A stretch of 64,000 nucleotides of DNA, from the NCBI GenBank assembly GCA_965225945.1, contig CBDDBZ010000036.1, positions 128,001 through 192,000 on the forward strand, read 5' to 3'. How positions within the stretch are numbered: the first letter of the stretch is position 1; every line of letters starts with the position of its first letter. The translations under genes and the position numbers were made by a program. The notes under the pieces are model-generated. The model saw only the letters and a program-made list of their open reading frames with translations. It made no database searches and had not been told where the DNA came from. Source of the stretch: Alphaproteobacteria bacterium. Its GTDB lineage: Bacteria; Pseudomonadota; Alphaproteobacteria; GCA-2731375. This document shows positions 9,804 through 20,563 of the stretch, in pieces.

Positions 9804-11003
9804 ATGGCGACCATGGATAAGGCGCCATCCACTGGGGGCGGCGGATTGGCGTTGCTCTACGACGAACGCGTCCGATCGGTTTTCTATCAGATCTTCACCT
9901 TCAGCGTGGTCGCCGCGCTCGCCTGGTATCTCGTCGACAACACGACGCGAAACCTGGCGGCCCGGGGCATGAGCTCCGGGTTCGATTTTATATGGTTGAC
10001 CGCCGGCTTCGATACCGATTTCTCGCTGATCGATTATGCCGCCGGCGATACCTATGGCCGCGTGCTCCTGGTCGGCATCCTGAACACGCTCTTCGTTTCA
10101 CTGATCGCCATCGTCGGCACGACGGCCCTCGGCTTCTTCATGGGGATCATGCGGCTGTCGTCCAACTGGCTGATCGCGAAGCTGGCCTCGGCCTATGTCG
10201 AGATCGTGCGCAACGTACCGCTCCTGATGCAGATCATCTTCTGGTACCTGGGCGTCTTCTCGCTGTTGCCGAGACCGAAGCAGAGCATCGACATGCTGGG
10301 CGGCGGCGTCTCGTTCCTCAACAACCGCGGCCTCTACATGCCGAGCCCGATCGCGGGCGAACTGTTCTGGGCCACGATCGTCGCCGCCGTCGTCGCCCTC
10401 GTCGCGGTCGTGGTCGTGAAGCGGTGGTCCAAGCGGCGCCAGGAGACCACGGGCGCGCAATTCCCCATGTTCTCGGCGGGGCTGGGTATCCTCGTGGTGC
10501 TGCCGACGCTGACCTTCCTCGTCACCGGTCAGCCCATGGAATGGGACATCCCCGCGCTCGAGGGCTTCAACTTCATCGGCGGCGCCCGGCTGCCGCCGGC
10601 GTTCCTGGCCCTGCTGATCGCCCTCATCATCTACCACTCCTCCTTTCTGGCGGAGGCGGTTCGGGCTGGCATTCTCTCGGTCGACAAGGGCCAGACGGAA
10701 GCCTCGGCCTCGGTCGGCATGCGGCCGGGCCGCACTCTGCGTTTGGTGATCATTCCGCAGGCGATGCGGGCCATCGTGCCGCCGTTGATCAGCCTCTGGA
10801 TGAACGTGGTCAAGAATTCCTCGCTGGCCATCGCGATCGGCTATCCCGACATCGTGGCGCTGTTCATGAACACCTCGCTCAACCAGTCGGGCTACGCGAT
10901 CGAGATCGTGGCCTTGACGATGCTGTTCTACATGACGGTCAGCCTGACCATCTCTGGTCTGCTCAATATTTACAATCGTCGCGTCCAGCTCAGGGAGCGC
11001 TGA
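9804..11003 (+). CDS. aapQ: Amino acid ABC transporter permease
   Basis: VGILNTL, RLSSNWL, RNVPLLMQI, AEAVRAGILSVDKGQTEA, KNSSLAIAIGYPD. Confidence 0.9.
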   Translation: MATMDKAPSTGGGGLALLYDERVRSVFYQIFTFSVVAALAWYLVDNTTRNLAARGMSSGFDFIWLTAGFDTDFSLIDYAAGDTYGRVLLVGILNTLFVSLIAIVGTTALGFFMGIMRLSSNWLIAKLASAYVEIVRNVPLLMQIIFWYLGVFSLLPRPKQSIDMLGGGVSFLNNRGLYMPSPIAGELFWATIVAAVVALVAVVVVKRWSKRRQETTGAQFPMFSAGLGILVVLPTLTFLVTGQPMEWDIPALEGFNFIGGARLPPAFLALLIALIIYHSSFLAEAVRAGILSVDKGQTEASASVGMRPGRTLRLVIIPQAMRAIVPPLISLWMNVVKNSSLAIAIGYPDIVALFMNTSLNQSGYAIEIVALTMLFYMTVSLTISGLLNIYNRRVQLRER

Positions 11004-11005
11004 GA

Positions 11006-12328
11006 ATGGTTGCCGCCGTTGAAGCAGGCGCGGGCGCCGCGCCCAAGGGGAAGCTGGATCCCGTTCGCTGGCTGAAGGAAAACCTCTTCAGCACCTGGTA
11101 CAACATCGTTCTGACGATCATCGCGCTGCTGATTGTCTACTATGTGGCGGCGGCGCTCTGGCAATGGGGCATCGCCGACGCGGTCTGGGTCGCGGAAGAC
11201 CGGCGGGAGTGCCTCACCAAGAACCCGAACGGCGCCTGCTGGGCGGGCGTGTTCGTCTGGTTCGAGGCCTTCATCTACGGTCGTTATCCCTTGACCGAGC
11301 GGTGGCGGATCAACCTCGGCGCGATCCTGCTCGTGCTCTGGATGGCGCCCTTGTGGCTGCCGCGCGTGCGGGCGAAGATCCTGATCGCCTTCAGCGTCGT
11401 CGCCTTCTATCCCTTCTTCGCCGCCTATCTCTTCAATGGTGGGGAAAAGGGCTTCGTCGTCCAGCCCATGATCTCGATCGCGCTGGTCTGCTTCGCGGGC
11501 GTCATCATTCATTCAATTATCGGCGTGACGAGCGGGGGCTCGATCGAGGAGACCGCGATCCGGATTCTGGGCCTCGCGGACAAGCCGGAGAAGACCCGGC
11601 GCAATATCCTGCTCGGCCTCGTCGTCGCGGCGATCGGGATCGTCTTCGTCGCGCAGATGAGCTGGACGCTCCCGGCCGTGTCCTGGGTCAAATGGGGCGG
11701 GCTATTCCTGACCCTGGTGATCGCGGGCGTCGGCATCACCACGGCGTTGCCGGCCGGCATCATCCTGGCGCTCGGCCGGCGTTCGCAACTGCCGGTGATC
11801 CGCGCGCTCTGCACCACCTTCATCGAAGTCTTCCGCTCGGTGCCGCTGATTACCGTGCTGTTCATGGCGACGACGATGTTCCCGCTGTTCCTGCCGCCGG
11901 GGTTCGAACTCAACAAGCTGGTGCAGGTGATCGTCGCGGTCTGTCTGTTCAGCGCCTGCTACATGGCGGAGATCGTGCGCGGCGGCCTGCAGGCGATTCC
12001 CCGCGGGCAGTACGAGGCGGCCCATGCCATGGGTCTCGGCTACTGGCGGATGATGGCTTTCGTCGTCATGCCGCAGGCCTTGAAGTTCATGATCGCGAAT
12101 ATCGTCGGCAACTTCATCGGCCTGTTGAAAGATACGACGCTGGTCGCCATCATCGGCCTGTTCGACATTTTGAGAATGCTCCAGGCGGCGAGCCAGGACG
12201 TGCCGTGGCGTGGCCTCCACAAGGAGCCGTTGTTCGTCGGCGCCGTCATCTTCTTCGTCATGTGCTTTTCCATGTCGAAATATAGCCAACATCTCGAACG
12301 AAAACTGAGCGCCGGCGACCAACGCTGA
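11006..12328 (+). CDS. aapM: Amino acid ABC transporter permease
   Basis: [68 protein letters not shown]. Confidence 0.9.
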   Translation: MVAAVEAGAGAAPKGKLDPVRWLKENLFSTWYNIVLTIIALLIVYYVAAALWQWGIADAVWVAEDRRECLTKNPNGACWAGVFVWFEAFIYGRYPLTERWRINLGAILLVLWMAPLWLPRVRAKILIAFSVVAFYPFFAAYLFNGGEKGFVVQPMISIALVCFAGVIIHSIIGVTSGGSIEETAIRILGLADKPEKTRRNILLGLVVAAIGIVFVAQMSWTLPAVSWVKWGGLFLTLVIAGVGITTALPAGIILALGRRSQLPVIRALCTTFIEVFRSVPLITVLFMATTMFPLFLPPGFELNKLVQVIVAVCLFSACYMAEIVRGGLQAIPRGQYEAAHAMGLGYWRMMAFVVMPQALKFMIANIVGNFIGLLKDTTLVAIIGLFDILRMLQAASQDVPWRGLHKEPLFVGAVIFFVMCFSMSKYSQHLERKLSAGDQR

Positions 12329-12353
12329 AGGCGCCGTAGCGGAGGCAGGGGCA

Positions 12354-13145
12354 ATGTCATCGGTGGAAAACATTCAAGATCAGGAGGCGCTGGCCTCCGC
12401 CGCCTCGAGCGAGGTGATCATCCACATCGACGCGATGAACAAGTGGTTCGGACAGTTTCATGTCCTGAAGGACATCAACCTCTCGATCCACAAGGGGGAG
12501 CGGATCGTGATCTGCGGACCGTCGGGCTCCGGCAAGTCGACGCTGATCCGTTGCATGAACCGTCTGGAGGAACACCAGAAGGGTGACATCATCATCGACG
12601 GCGTGGCCCTCGACAACAACCTCAAGAACATCGACCAGATCCGCAGCGAAGTGGGCATGGTGTTCCAGTCCTTCAACCTCTTCCCTCATCTCTCGGTGCT
12701 GCAGAACTGCACGCTCGCGCTGATCTGGGTCCGCAAGATGGCGAAGTCGGAGGCGGAAGAGCTGGCGATGGAGTATCTCACCCGGGTCCGCATCCCCGAG
12801 CAGGCGGACAAGTACCCGGGGCAGCTCTCCGGCGGCCAGCAGCAGCGCGTCGCGATCGCCCGCGCGCTGTGCATGCGGCCTCGGATCATGCTGTTCGACG
12901 AGCCGACCTCGGCGCTCGATCCCGAGATGATCGCCGAGGTGCTGGAGGTGATGATCGAGCTGGCGGCGACCGGCATGACCATGCTCGTCGTCACCCACGA
13001 GATGGGCTTCGCCAACCGGGTCGCCGACCGGGTGATCTTCATGGACGAAGGCGTGATCGTGGAGCAGAACACGCCCCGGGAATTCTTCGAGAATCCCAAG
13101 AGCGAACGCACCAAGCTGTTCCTGAGCCAGATCCTGGCCCACTGA
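12354..13145 (+). CDS. aapP: Amino acid ABC transporter ATP-binding protein
   Basis: [45 protein letters not shown]. Confidence 0.93.
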   Translation: MSSVENIQDQEALASAASSEVIIHIDAMNKWFGQFHVLKDINLSIHKGERIVICGPSGSGKSTLIRCMNRLEEHQKGDIIIDGVALDNNLKNIDQIRSEVGMVFQSFNLFPHLSVLQNCTLALIWVRKMAKSEAEELAMEYLTRVRIPEQADKYPGQLSGGQQQRVAIARALCMRPRIMLFDEPTSALDPEMIAEVLEVMIELAATGMTMLVVTHEMGFANRVADRVIFMDEGVIVEQNTPREFFENPKSERTKLFLSQILAH

Positions 13146-13156
13146 GGCCATCTTCG

Positions 13157-13928
13157 CCGGGAGGATAAAGGGACACGGGAGGATACTTAGGGACTTTTCA
13201 AGTTAAGTATTGTGTCCGGGAGGATCCTTGCCTATCCGGGAGGATCACCCAGGGACCGGGACTATAAAGTGGCACCGGGAGGATAAAGGGACCGGGAGGT
13301 AAAGGGACTCGGTGAGGATCGAAGGGACCGGGAGGATATCTCCGGGATGCCGAGCAGGGACTCGGGACGGCATTGTAGCGACCTTTTAGGCGAGGACTTT
13401 AGGGACCGTGGTGGAAATCCTAATCATTGAGACCGGGATTTGGCATAAAGGGACCGGGAGCATAAAGGGACCGTCACTTCATTGAAATTTATCTGAAATC
13501 GGAGGATGAACGGGACCGATGGAATATTCCAGGAAACCGGGAGGCTTCATTGAATTGTAGGATCGAGTGCCGGGATTATTCACAAATAGACTCTGTGAAC
13601 TGGTTTTCAAGTTCGACTCAATACGTCATATGAAGTAACCGGATTGAGGATAAACGTTCTTGCGTGTCGCTTCGTCTTCGCTGCGACTCAAAACGCGCAG
13701 GAGACTAACAGGCGCGGACGGGGACCGCAACGATAAAGGGCCAGCGCGTCGCTTTCTTCGACCGGCTCAGAGGATAAAGGGACAGCAGGAGGATAAAGGG
13801 ACGTCCCCCGAATAAGTACGTGACTTAAACTCCTTCGGTTTTCAGAACAATCAAGAATTAGCCGGAAGTATTGTGTCCAAGGAGACACACTACATATAGT
13901 GGGTGTGGGTTTATCCTTTATCCTCCGG
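13157..13928. repeat. Degenerate tandem array of a ~17-bp unit CCGGGAGGATAAAGGGA with inverted terminal copy and REP-like hairpins
   Basis: Exact units at 13157 and 13275; variants at 13176, 13216, 13236, 13256, 13292, 13310, 13328, 13454, ~13770 and ~13788; inverted copy CCTTTATCCTCCGG at 13915-13928; AAGTATTGTGTCC at 13205 and 13866; visibly lower GC; no credible ORF. Confidence 0.85.
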
Positions 13929-13932
13929 TCCG

Positions 13933-15189
13933 TCAGACTGCGCGGACCAGCGCGTGGCGCTTGCGTCCGGCGCTGAGCTTGATCACGCCCTCGCCGTCCA
14001 GATCCCCGAGCGTGACCTCATGCAATTCGTCCCGCACCACCACGTCGTCGAGGCGGGCGCCACCCCCCTTGATCAGCCGCCGGGCCTCCGCGTTGGAAGC
14101 GCAGAGTTTGGCCTCCGCCAACAGGCGGAAGACGGCGATGCCCTCGGCCAGCGCGGCGCGGGGGACCTCGATCGTCGCCAGCTCTTGGCCCCGGCTGCCT
14201 TCCTCGAAGGTGCGCCGCGCCGTCTCCTCGGCCGCCGCCGCCGCGTCGGCCCCGTGTGCCAGCCCCGTCGCCGCCGTCGCCAGCAGCTTCTTGGCGTCGT
14301 TGATCTCCGCGCCGTCCAGCGCTTCCAGCCGGGCGATCTCGTCCCCCGCCAGCTCGGTGAAGAGGCGGAGGAAGCGGCCGACGTCGCCGTCCTCCGTATT
14401 GCGCCAGAATTGCCAGTAGTCGTAGGCCGAGAGCATGGTGTCGTCGAGCCAGACCGCGCCTTCGGCCGTCTTGCCCATCTTCTGGCCGGACGCGGTGGTG
14501 ATCAGCGCCGTGGTGAGGCCGAAGAGGGCGGTGCCGTCGACCCGGCGGGCGAGATCCACCCCACCCACGATATTTCCCCACTGGTCCGAGCCGCCCATTT
14601 GCAGCCGGCAAGCGTGGCGGCGGCTCAGCTCCACGAAGTCGTAGGCCTGCAGGATCATGTAGTTGAACTCGAGAAAGCTCAGCGGCTGCTCGCGCTCGAG
14701 GCGCAACTTCACGCTGTCGAAGCCCAGCATCCGGTTGACCGAGAAGTGGCGCCCGTAGTCGCGAAGAAAGGCGATGTATTCGAGGCTGTCGAGCCACACG
14801 GCGTTGTCGAGCATGATGGCGTCGCTCGGCCCGTCGCCGAAGTCGAGGAAGCGCTCGAAGACCGCCTTGATGCCGTCCATGTTGCGCGCGATGTCGGCCT
14901 CGCTCAGCAGCCGGCGCTGTTCGTCCTTGCCGGAGGGATCGCCCACCTTGGTGGTGCCGCCGCCCATCAGCACGATCGGCTTGTGGCCGCAGCGTTGCAA
15001 ATGACGCAGCATCATGATCGAGACCAGAGAGCCGACATGCAGGCTCGGCGCCGTCAAGTCGTAGCCGATATAGGCCACGACGCGCTCCTTCGCGGCCAAT
15101 GCGTCCAGCGCGTCCAGGTCGGTGCATTGGTGCAGGTAGCCGCGTTCGACCATGGTCTGGACGAATTCGGAGGCGTGGGCTCGGCTCAT
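13933..15189 (-). CDS. tyrS: Tyrosine--tRNA ligase
   Basis: [16 protein letters not shown] (HIGH-like), [29 protein letters not shown]-terminal S4-like KLSAGRKRH. Confidence 0.97.
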   Translation of the reverse strand: MSRAHASEFVQTMVERGYLHQCTDLDALDALAAKERVVAYIGYDLTAPSLHVGSLVSIMMLRHLQRCGHKPIVLMGGGTTKVGDPSGKDEQRRLLSEADIARNMDGIKAVFERFLDFGDGPSDAIMLDNAVWLDSLEYIAFLRDYGRHFSVNRMLGFDSVKLRLEREQPLSFLEFNYMILQAYDFVELSRRHACRLQMGGSDQWGNIVGGVDLARRVDGTALFGLTTALITTASGQKMGKTAEGAVWLDDTMLSAYDYWQFWRNTEDGDVGRFLRLFTELAGDEIARLEALDGAEINDAKKLLATAATGLAHGADAAAAAEETARRTFEEGSRGQELATIEVPRAALAEGIAVFRLLAEAKLCASNAEARRLIKGGGARLDDVVVRDELHEVTLGDLDGEGVIKLSAGRKRHALVRAV

Positions 15190-15235
15190 GGCGCTTCTGG
15201 CTTTACTGTCGCGTGGTTTCGGGCGCGCCATATGT

Positions 15236-15253
15236 TGGATTCTATCCACTAGC
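15236..15253. promoter_or_regulatory. 18-bp palindromic motif in the tyrS/anmK divergent region
   Basis: TGGATTCTATCCACTAGC is the exact reverse complement of 56591-56608; function unknown. Confidence 0.45.
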
Positions 15254-15284
15254 ATGAATGATGGCGATGTCTCAACGCCGACGG

Positions 15285-16367
15285 ATGACAATGGACATGA
15301 TAACCGCGATCGGATTGATGAGCGGCACCTCGCTCGACGGGGTCGACGTCGCCCTGATCCGCACCGAGGGCGAGCGGGTGGCGGCCGACGGGCCGTGGCG
15401 CTCCTACCCTTACGAGGCGGCGACGCGGGAGCTTGTTCGGAGCGTGCTCGGCGGCCGGGGCGACGTCGCCGTCGCGGCGCGGGCGGTGACCGAGGCGCAC
15501 GAGACGGCGGTCCGGACGTTCCTCGCGGAGACCGGGATCGAGGCCGCGGCAATCGCCGTCGTCGGCTTTCACGGCCAGACGATCCTGCATGAACCGGAGC
15601 AAGGCCGGACCTGGCAGATCGGCGACGGCGCGGCGCTGGCCCGGGGAATTGGCATCGACGTCGTATCCGATTTTCGCGCCGCCGACGTGGCGGCGGGCGG
15701 GGAGGGGGCGCCGCTGGCGCCGGTCTATCACCGCGCGCTGGCCCGTGATCTCCAACGGCCCCTCGCGGTATTGAACATCGGCGGCGTCGCCAACGTCACC
15801 TACATCGGGGAACACGATGAACTGATTGCCTTCGACACCGGCCCCGGTAACGCCTTGATCGACGATTGGGTCCGCCGCCGGCGGGCCGAGGCGATGGACG
15901 CCGACGGCCGGCTCGCGGCGCGAGGCACGGTCGAGCGGGCGGCGTTGGCGAGGCTTCTGGCCGATCCCTATTTCGCCAGGCCGGCGCCCAAGTCGCTCGA
16001 CCGCGACCACTTCGACGCCGGCCCGATCGAGGGGCTCGGAGATGCCGACGGGGCGGCGACGCTGGCCGCCTTCACGATCGCCGCCGCGGCGCGCGCGCGC
16101 GGGCACTTGCCCGAGCCGCCCGCGCGCTGGCTCGTCACCGGTGGGGGACGGCACAATGGTTTTCTCATGGCCGGGTTGCGCGCGGCGCTGGGCGTTGAGG
16201 TCGTGCCGGTGGAAGCCGTCGGCTGGCGCGGCGATGCGCTTGAAGCGGAGGCCTTCGCCTTCCTCGCCGTCCGTTCTCTGCGTGGTCTGCCGCTGAGCTT
16301 TCCCGCCACCACGGGCGTCGAGCGGCCGATGCCCGGCGGGCGGCATCATCCCGCGACGGGTGGATGA
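15285..16367 (+). CDS. anmK: Anhydro-N-acetylmuramic acid kinase
   Basis: [65 protein letters not shown]; start uncertain (15285-15297). Confidence 0.95.
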   Translation: MTMDMITAIGLMSGTSLDGVDVALIRTEGERVAADGPWRSYPYEAATRELVRSVLGGRGDVAVAARAVTEAHETAVRTFLAETGIEAAAIAVVGFHGQTILHEPEQGRTWQIGDGAALARGIGIDVVSDFRAADVAAGGEGAPLAPVYHRALARDLQRPLAVLNIGGVANVTYIGEHDELIAFDTGPGNALIDDWVRRRRAEAMDADGRLAARGTVERAALARLLADPYFARPAPKSLDRDHFDAGPIEGLGDADGAATLAAFTIAAAARARGHLPEPPARWLVTGGGRHNGFLMAGLRAALGVEVVPVEAVGWRGDALEAEAFAFLAVRSLRGLPLSFPATTGVERPMPGGRHHPATGG

Positions 16368-16374
16368 GGGATCG

Positions 16375-16716
16375 TTAGATCGAGAAGGAGGTGCCGCAGC
16401 CGCAGGAGGCCGTGGCGTTCGGATTGTTGATGCGGAAGGCGGCGCCGATCAGATCGTCGACGAAATCGATCTCGGCGCCCGCCATGTATTCGAGCGACAT
16501 CGAATCGACCAATACCGAAACGCCGTCCCGTTCGATCACCAAATCGTCGTCGGCGATCGCGTCGACGAAATCGAAGGCGTATTGAAAGCCGGAACAGCCG
16601 CCGCCCGTGACCTGCACGCGCAGCTTCAACTCCGCCCCGCCCTCGGCGGCGATCAGCTCGCCGATCCGCTCAGCCGCGCTGGCGGAGACGGTGATGTCGG
16701 GCCCCGGTGTCGACAT
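16375..16716 (-). CDS. erpA: Fe-S cluster insertion protein ErpA (HesB/IscA family)
   Basis: LRVQVTGGGCSGFQY..NPNATASCGCGTSFSI; conserved position next to dgt. Confidence 0.9.
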   Translation of the reverse strand: MSTPGPDITVSASAAERIGELIAAEGGAELKLRVQVTGGGCSGFQYAFDFVDAIADDDLVIERDGVSVLVDSMSLEYMAGAEIDFVDDLIGAAFRINNPNATASCGCGTSFSI

Positions 16717-16834
16717 CGTCGTGCCTCTTTCCTCGGCGCGGTCCCGCGCGCCGTCCCCCACGATATGTGATGGGGGAGGGGGGTTGTCAATTGCCTGCGT
16801 TGATCGCGCTCTGGGGAGGGCTTAGCTTCCGGCC

Positions 16835-18010
16835 ATGACCTCCGTCTCCGAACTCGCCCCCTACGCGACCCGCGCCGACGAGAGTCGGGGGCGCCGGGTG
16901 GCGGAACCGGAGAGCCCGACCCGAACCGTGTTCCAGCGCGACCGCGACCGTATCATCCATTCCACGGCGTTTCGCAGGCTGCAATACAAGACCCAGGTCT
17001 TCGTCTATCACGAGGGCGATCACTACAGGACCCGACTGACCCACAGCCTGGAGGTGGCGCAGATCGCGCGATCGGTCTGTCGCGTGCTGGGGCTCGACAG
17101 CGATCTCGCGGAAACCCTGGCGCTCGCCCACGACCTGGGCCACACGCCCTTCGGGCATGCCGGCGAGGAGGTGCTGAACGCACTGATGGCCGGGCACGGC
17201 GGCTTCGATCACAACGCCCAGACGCTCAAGATCGTGACCCGACTGGAGCGCCGCTACGCCGAGTTCGACGGCCTGAATCTCACCTGGGAAACGTTGGAAG
17301 GCACGGTCAAGCACAACGGTCCCCTCGTCCTCGACGGCGAGTGCGCGGACGTGGCGACGGCGATCCGGGAATACGACGCCGAGCACGACCTGGAGCTCCA
17401 CACCCATCCCGGACCCGAGGCGCAGGTCGCCTCCCTGGCCGACGATATCGCTTACAACAACCATGACCTGGACGACGGTCTCAGGGCCGGCCTCTTCACC
17501 CTGGAGGAGGTGGCGGAACTCGCCCTCGTCCGGCCGGTGTTGGCGGAGGTGCGGGCCCGCCACGGCGACATCGAGGCGCCGCGCATGAACCACGAAGTGA
17601 TCCGCCGGCTGATCAACACCATGGTCTTGGATCTGCTGGCCGAAAGCCGGGCCCGAATCGCGCGGGCGCGGCCCGGGGCTGTGCGGGAGGTCCGCGAGCT
17701 CGGCCGCTTCCTGATCGGCTTCTCGCCCGAGATGGTCGCCGGCGATGCCGAGCTGAAGGGCTTCTTGGGCGAGCGGATGTATCGCCACGCCCGTGTCACG
17801 GCCATGACCGACGAGGCACGGCTCGTTGTCAGCGACCTCTTCCGAGGCTATACCGCCGAGCCAAACCGGCTGCCGGCGGAATGGCGCGGGCATGCGGGCG
17901 CGACGGACGGTGCGACGGCCCGCGTGGTGGCCGATTTCATCGCCGGGATGACGGATCGTTTCGCCTTCGCCGAGCATCGTCGGCTGAAGGCGCCTGAACG
18001 GAACGGATAG
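16835..18010 (+). CDS. dgt: Deoxyguanosinetriphosphate triphosphohydrolase
   Basis: FQRDRDRIIHSTAFRRLQYKTQVF, RTRLTHSLEV, HDLGHTPFGHAGE, DFIAGMTDRFA. Confidence 0.95.
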   Translation: MTSVSELAPYATRADESRGRRVAEPESPTRTVFQRDRDRIIHSTAFRRLQYKTQVFVYHEGDHYRTRLTHSLEVAQIARSVCRVLGLDSDLAETLALAHDLGHTPFGHAGEEVLNALMAGHGGFDHNAQTLKIVTRLERRYAEFDGLNLTWETLEGTVKHNGPLVLDGECADVATAIREYDAEHDLELHTHPGPEAQVASLADDIAYNNHDLDDGLRAGLFTLEEVAELALVRPVLAEVRARHGDIEAPRMNHEVIRRLINTMVLDLLAESRARIARARPGAVREVRELGRFLIGFSPEMVAGDAELKGFLGERMYRHARVTAMTDEARLVVSDLFRGYTAEPNRLPAEWRGHAGATDGATARVVADFIAGMTDRFAFAEHRRLKAPERNG

Positions 18011-19765
18011 ATGGACATCTACGCGGAATTTCGCGACCTCCTGAGAGCGGAGATCGCCGGCCTCGCGGAGCGCGGACGGCTTCCCGCCGGTCTCGACCTC
18101 GCCGACGTGCAGGTCGAGCCGCCGCGTGATCCGAGCCACGGCGATCTCGCGACCAACGCGGCGTTGGCACTCGCCAAGCAAGCCAAGATGAAGCCGCGTG
18201 ATCTGGCGGTGCCGATCGCGGAGGCCCTGCGCGCGCGCGATGCCGTCGCCGAGGTGGAGATCGCCGGGCCCGGCTTCATCAATCTCCGCCTGCGCGACGA
18301 GGCTTGGCGGGACTGCATTCCCATCGTGCTGCGCGAGGGCATGAGCTTCGGCGACGGCGCGATCGGAAAGGACGAGGCGGTGAACGTCGAATTTGTTTCG
18401 GCCAATCCCACCGGACCGCTCCACGTCGGCCACGTGCGGGGCGCGGTGTTCGGCGATGCGCTGGCGGCGCTCCTCGCCAAGGCCGGGTTCGCCGTCACCA
18501 AGGAATACGTCATCAACGATTCCGGCGCCCAGATCACGGCGCTCGCCCGCTCGGTCCATCTCCGCTACCGGGAGGCATTGGGCGAGGCCATCGCAGAGAT
18601 CCCCGAAGGGCTCTATCCCGGCGACTACCTGGTGCCGGTGGGCCGGGCCATCGCCGAGGCGGACGGCGCGGCCTGGCGCGACCTGCCGGAGGCCGAGTGG
18701 CTGGAGCCGTTTCGCCGCCGCGCGGTCGAGGCGATGATGGTGCTGATCCGCGAAGATCTAGCGGCGATCGGGATCGAGCAGGACGTCTATTTCTCGGAAA
18801 ACGAGCTGCATCGAGACGGGCGGATCGAGGCCGCGCTGGCCTGGCTCGAGGAGAGGGGGCTGATCTACGTCGGCGTGCTGGAGCCGCCCAGGGGCAAGAC
18901 GCCCGAGGATTGGGAGCCCAGGCCGCAGACCCTCTTCAAGGCCTCCGAGTTCGGCGACGACCTCGATCGCCCGCTCCGGAAAGCCGACGGAAGCTGGACC
19001 TATTTCGCCGCCGACATCGCTTACCATTTGGACAAATACAAGCGCGGTTTCAACCGCATGATCGACGTCTGGGGCGCCGATCACGGCGGCTATGTGAAGC
19101 GCATGCGGGCGGCCGTGCGCGCGGTCTCGGACGGGCAAGCGGATCTCGACGTCCGGATCTGCCAGCTCGTCCGGTTGCTCCGGGACGGCGAGCCCGCCAA
19201 AATGTCGAAACGCGCCGGCGATTTCGTCACCCTGCGCGAGCTCGTCGACGAGGTCGGCCGCGATGTCGTCCGTTTCATCATGCTCACCCGGCGGAACGAC
19301 GCGCCCCTCGACTTCGATCTCGCCAAGGTTCTGGAGCAGTCGAAGGACAATCCGGTCTTCTACGTCCAATACGCGCATGCCCGGATCCGCTCGGTGATGC
19401 GCAACGCGCGGCGCGACGTCGAGGGAATCGACGTGGCGCCCGAGGCGCTGGCGACGGCCGACCTCTCGGCTCTGGTCGATTCGGCGGAATTGGATCTGAT
19501 GAAGCGGATCGCGCGCTGGCCGCGCACCGTCGAGGCCGCCGCGTTGGCCTGCGAGCCGCATCGAATTGCCTTTTATCTCAATGACTTGGCGGCCGAATTT
19601 CACGGGCTCTGGAACAAGGGGAACGAAAACCCGGCGCTTCGCTTTATTATCCCATCCGATCCGTCGCGAACGCTGGCGCGCCTCGCGCTGCTGCAGGCGA
19701 CCGCGACGGTGATCGCCTCCGGCCTCGCCATCCTCGGGGTCGAGCCGGCGGAGGAGATGCGATAG
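18011..19765 (+). CDS. argS: Arginine--tRNA ligase
   Basis: [52 protein letters not shown]. Confidence 0.97.
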   Translation: MDIYAEFRDLLRAEIAGLAERGRLPAGLDLADVQVEPPRDPSHGDLATNAALALAKQAKMKPRDLAVPIAEALRARDAVAEVEIAGPGFINLRLRDEAWRDCIPIVLREGMSFGDGAIGKDEAVNVEFVSANPTGPLHVGHVRGAVFGDALAALLAKAGFAVTKEYVINDSGAQITALARSVHLRYREALGEAIAEIPEGLYPGDYLVPVGRAIAEADGAAWRDLPEAEWLEPFRRRAVEAMMVLIREDLAAIGIEQDVYFSENELHRDGRIEAALAWLEERGLIYVGVLEPPRGKTPEDWEPRPQTLFKASEFGDDLDRPLRKADGSWTYFAADIAYHLDKYKRGFNRMIDVWGADHGGYVKRMRAAVRAVSDGQADLDVRICQLVRLLRDGEPAKMSKRAGDFVTLRELVDEVGRDVVRFIMLTRRNDAPLDFDLAKVLEQSKDNPVFYVQYAHARIRSVMRNARRDVEGIDVAPEALATADLSALVDSAELDLMKRIARWPRTVEAAALACEPHRIAFYLNDLAAEFHGLWNKGNENPALRFIIPSDPSRTLARLALLQATATVIASGLAILGVEPAEEMR

Positions 19766-19768
19766 GCC

Positions 19769-20563
19769 ATGAAGCTCGAGCGCGCGCACGATAGGCTCGA
19801 TGCGCCGTTGGAACGCCCGGCGCCACCGCCGGAGCACGCGCCGCGACACGCGCATGGCCGGCGACTGCCGCTGGTCGTCGCGGGGCTCGCCGTGCTGATC
19901 TTCGCCGCCAGCGTCGGCTACGCCTACCGCCAAGGCATGATCGACGCGCGCGGCGGCGGCGAAGTCCCGACGGTCCGCGCCGAGGACGGGCCGACCCGCC
20001 TGAAGCCGGAGGAACCGGGCGGTCTCCAGGTGCCGAACCAGGACAAGCTGGTTTACGAACGGATGACCGGCGCGAGGCCCGGCGAGCACGTCGAGCGCCT
20101 GCTGCCGCCACCGGAGATGCCGCTGCCCAAGCCGAGCGAGGCGCCGAGCCAGCCCGAGAGCGACATCAAGGTCGGCGTCACCACCGCGGTGGCGCTGAAG
20201 TTGCCGAAGGCGAAGCCGGAGGTCCCCGACGCGCCCCTCGCCAAGCCGACACCGGACAAGGCCGACGACGGCCTGCCACCCCTGCCGACGGCGCGCCCCA
20301 CGGCCTTGCCGAGCGGCTCTTTCGGCCTGCAGCTCGCGGCACTCCGCGATCCGAACGCGATCCCGTCGCTCTGGCGCAAGCTCCAGGCCTCGCACGATGG
20401 GATTCTCGGCAAGCTCAGGGTGAAGATCCTACGCATCACCATCGCCGAGAAGGGGGTGTTTCATCGCTTGCTTGCCGGGCCCTATCCGACCGAGGCGACG
20501 GCGCATGTCGCCTGCCAGTCGTTGAAATCGCGCAATCAGGATTGCTTCGTTGTCCGCTACTGA
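19769..20563 (+). CDS. SPOR-domain cell division protein (FtsN-like)
   Basis: One TM helix, KPEEPGG..NQDKLVYE, Pro-rich linker, C-terminal SPOR (LQLAAL..FHRLLAGPY..ACQSLKSRNQDCFVV); argS-SPOR-nagZ synteny. Confidence 0.85.
   Translation: MKLERAHDRLDAPLERPAPPPEHAPRHAHGRRLPLVVAGLAVLIFAASVGYAYRQGMIDARGGGEVPTVRAEDGPTRLKPEEPGGLQVPNQDKLVYERMTGARPGEHVERLLPPPEMPLPKPSEAPSQPESDIKVGVTTAVALKLPKAKPEVPDAPLAKPTPDKADDGLPPLPTARPTALPSGSFGLQLAALRDPNAIPSLWRKLQASHDGILGKLRVKILRITIAEKGVFHRLLAGPYPTEATAHVACQSLKSRNQDCFVVRY

Noticed and set aside
13688-13888. 66-aa minus-strand ORF inside the array
   Set aside because: Translates repeat sequence, has no RBS or recognisable motif, and has atypical codon usage.
13157-13928. 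CRISPR or TIGR array interpretation
   Set aside because: Units are ~17 bp, degenerate and often directly adjacent; spacing is irregular; no cas or Nop-domain gene is in the window.
16835-18010. dGTPase as an anti-phage defence gene
   Set aside because: It sits in the conserved erpA/dgt-argS housekeeping context, not in a defence island.
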